55,633 nt of DNA from a virus. Taxonomy: Duplodnaviria; Caudoviricetes. The notes beneath the pieces were generated by a model. The model worked only from the letters and a program-made list of their open reading frames with translations, searched no databases and was not told the origin of the DNA. Below are positions 53,660 to 55,633 of this stretch, piece after piece; the first letter of the stretch is position 1; each line of letters begins with the position of its first letter. A program made the position numbers and the translations under genes. The stretch is from positions 1 to 55,633 of IMG/VR virus record IMGVR_UViG_3300032092_000037; one strand, 5' to 3'.

Positions 53660-53905
53660 GTGACTATGGGCTTCAAAATTGTCCGTGAAGACGGCAAGAC
53701 GGACTGGGGCTCGCTCCGCGCCGTGTTTTACTGCTTGCTCGTCACCTGGATTGTCGGCGTTCGCCTGATCGGACTGGACCCGTTCGATGATCTGCTGGCC
53801 GGCCGCTTCGACCTCGGCGTCATGTTCGACGTGCTGGCGCTGATCGGCGTCTACCTGCTGTGCTGGCATCTCATGTACCCGAACCGGCCCAAGGTGAACT
53901 TCTAG
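53660..53905 (+). CDS. Small two-TM protein
   Basis: GAGGAG SD; hydrophobic segments. Confidence 0.55.
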   Translation: MTMGFKIVREDGKTDWGSLRAVFYCLLVTWIVGVRLIGLDPFDDLLAGRFDLGVMFDVLALIGVYLLCWHLMYPNRPKVNF

Positions 53906-53908
53906 ACC

Positions 53909-54124
53909 ATGTCCCGCGCAGCGCTCTCAGCTATTGCTCTGGGCGCTGCCGGGGCTGTTGGTCTTATCGTGCTCTGGCTTGACGGGTTCCGTCATGACTG
54001 CGAGGCGCGGTGGAAGGACTCGGGCTTCGAGCACGAGTACCGGCAGGGTCAGTGCATGGTGCTGGCAGGGAGCAGGTGGGTTCCTGCTTCAGCGGTGCGC
54101 GTTCACGTCAGGGAGCCGGGTTAG
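53909..54124 (+). CDS. Small exported/membrane protein
   Basis: N-terminal TM; CEARW...CMV...RWVP. Confidence 0.55.
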   Translation: MSRAALSAIALGAAGAVGLIVLWLDGFRHDCEARWKDSGFEHEYRQGQCMVLAGSRWVPASAVRVHVREPG

Positions 54125-54463
54125 GGCGCCCCACCATACCGGAGATGTAAGCAGCGCTAGCGCCATAGTAGCCACGCAAATAAACCTAGAAAAAATGCCA
54201 GCACGATGAATACTCCGGCCCCAACAATTGCGGCCAAACCCCGATCATAGCTATCCATCTCTCACCTCTCCCCACCATATCACACGCCCAGCCCCAGCAA
54301 CATCCCGCTCCCGGTAAAGCTACTCGCCGTCGCCGCCTTTGTCTTGCTGGTGGTGCTCGGGGTGGCGGTGGCGCATTGAGGCGAATAGGCAGACGATACT
54401 GCCGGTCGCATATCCGATGCAGAACACAGTCACGAACCAGAGCGCCAACTCAAAGTCCATCCC

Positions 54464-54781
54464 TCATTCCTTCCCTGATGCGGCCTGGATCATGGCGCGG
54501 TAGTCTTCTGCAAACGAGCCGAGAGCCCATTGCCCGATCCGTTGGCGCGCATCATCGTCATGTGGCCATGATGCGGTCAGCGCGCGAAACATCGCGACGT
54601 TGGGCTCCCTCGGCACGATGCAGTGCCTTTCCGAGAGCTTGGAGAGGAAGGCGTCGATGACCGTGTTGGCATCGAAGGTCGCGTTGCCGTACAGCCCGTC
54701 AACATCCCCATAACGCGCCTCGTGAATCGCCTCCGCGCCCGCATGCCGCGCAGCCTCTAGCGCTTCCCGTGTGTCAGTCAC
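54464..54781 (-). CDS. Early hypothetical protein
   Basis: IVPREPNVAM...YRAMIQAA motif common in phage early genes. Confidence 0.65.
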   Translation of the reverse strand: MTDTREALEAARHAGAEAIHEARYGDVDGLYGNATFDANTVIDAFLSKLSERHCIVPREPNVAMFRALTASWPHDDDARQRIGQWALGSFAEDYRAMIQAASGKE

Positions 54782-55098
54782 GGCTTCTGCTCCTCCAGTG
54801 CTGCGTCAATCTTCGCGAGAAGGTCGGGATGTATATCTGACGCGCGCAGCGTTTCAGTGATGCCGCCAGTGTAGATCATTTCTTCAGCGAGTACCGCGTT
54901 CAGCGCCTCCCGCATTCTCGCCACGTCTTCCCGCGCTTTAGCGAGTTCTCGGAGTGCGGATGCGGCTTGGCGGAGGTCGTTGGCGTAGACACGCGCTTTC
55001 TCTGCGCTCATCATGATCGTGTCGAACAGGCGCGACCTGTGCTCTAGCGCGCCTGCGTGGTTCTCGATCTCCCCCGCCAGCTTCTCGATGTCAGTCAT
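54778..55098 (-). CDS. Early hypothetical protein
   Basis: Coupled ORF; VARMREAL...IDAAL. Confidence 0.65.
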   Translation of the reverse strand: MTDIEKLAGEIENHAGALEHRSRLFDTIMMSAEKARVYANDLRQAASALRELAKAREDVARMREALNAVLAEEMIYTGGITETLRASDIHPDLLAKIDAALEEQKP

Positions 55099-55481
55099 GG
55101 GCGGGGCTCCTGTTGCGGTGGGGCGGGGAGAGGACGCCAGTGGGTGACAGAGCCGAGCGGCTCAATGCGATCACAAGTGCTGTCGTCCCACCATGCGTTC
55201 TCTGCCGTGATGGAAATGGGGGCCAGCACGTGCGGGCCAGCGATCTGATCGTCCGCAATCCAGACCATGAGTGATCGCCCATCCTTCGGCGCGCTCTCTA
55301 TCGGCCTCCACCCATCCCCAGCGGCGGCGAGATAGGCGGTGACGGCGGTGGCGGTTGTCGGCAATTCGGTTTTCCAACGCGTTTCGCCATTGATGCCGCT
55401 GCTGTCGTCGGGGTCCATTCCAAGCTGCACAATGGCCGCCCTAGCAGCCGCCTCCAGCCCCTTCTCATCAAGCTCACCCAT
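55095..55481 (-). CDS. DUF551-like protein
   Basis: WRPIESAPKDG...THWRPLPAPP. Confidence 0.75.
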   Translation of the reverse strand: MGELDEKGLEAAARAAIVQLGMDPDDSSGINGETRWKTELPTTATAVTAYLAAAGDGWRPIESAPKDGRSLMVWIADDQIAGPHVLAPISITAENAWWDDSTCDRIEPLGSVTHWRPLPAPPQQEPRP

Positions 55482-55633
55482 TGTCCTGTTCCTTCTGTTC
55501 GAGGGCCATGAGAAGCGCGGCGATCAGGGCGAGGGCGGGGGTGGCTCCGTTGCCGCGCGTGATTGACGGCCTCTCTTTGCCCCACGGCCAGACTTCGGCA
55601 GTCGCCGCGCCGGTTGTATCGATGACCGTATGT
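55474..55633 (-). CDS. Partial early protein (starts beyond window end)
   Basis: Hand translation ...ATAEVWPWG...GATPALALIAALLMALEQKEQDNG*. Confidence 0.6.
   Translation of the reverse strand, partial: HTVIDTTGAATAEVWPWGKERPSITRGNGATPALALIAALLMALEQKEQDNG

Noticed and set aside
1-55633. Complete circular genome
   Set aside because: No terminal repeat was seen, and joining the ends puts the two partial ORFs in incompatible frames, so part of the early region is missing.

Overview
This 55.6-kb, high-GC window is most of the genome of a tailed dsDNA phage with P22-like podovirus architecture. It encodes TerS/TerL, a portal, scaffold, major capsid, gp4/gp10/gp26-like tail proteins, three ejection proteins and a tailspike, and no tape measure is visible. 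The host is probably an alphaproteobacterium, judged from a GcrA homologue, a DUF1376 replication initiator, leaderless genes and a chromosomal-type parS. Both window ends cut the leftward early region, the ends do not join in frame, and no integrase is visible. The most unusual signals are: (1) a ~275-nt intergenic RNA locus (13972-14245) holding a circularly permuted tRNA (3' half before 5' half, opened at the anticodon loop) and a second, expanded tRNA-like cloverleaf; (2) an Hsp70/DnaK-family ATPase translationally coupled between a membrane protein with a peptidoglycan-binding tip and the endolysin; (3) a perfect parS core palindrome; (4) two tandem lambda-like control regions, one with a frameshifted repressor and one with none, joined at a truncated methyltransferase; (5) three free-standing homing endonucleases, each beside an AT-shifted piece of a neighbouring gene, one of which duplicated its neighbour's 5' end; (6) glycosyl-, methyl- and sulfotransferase-like genes inside the virion module. 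All family calls come from motif recognition by eye, not from database searches.
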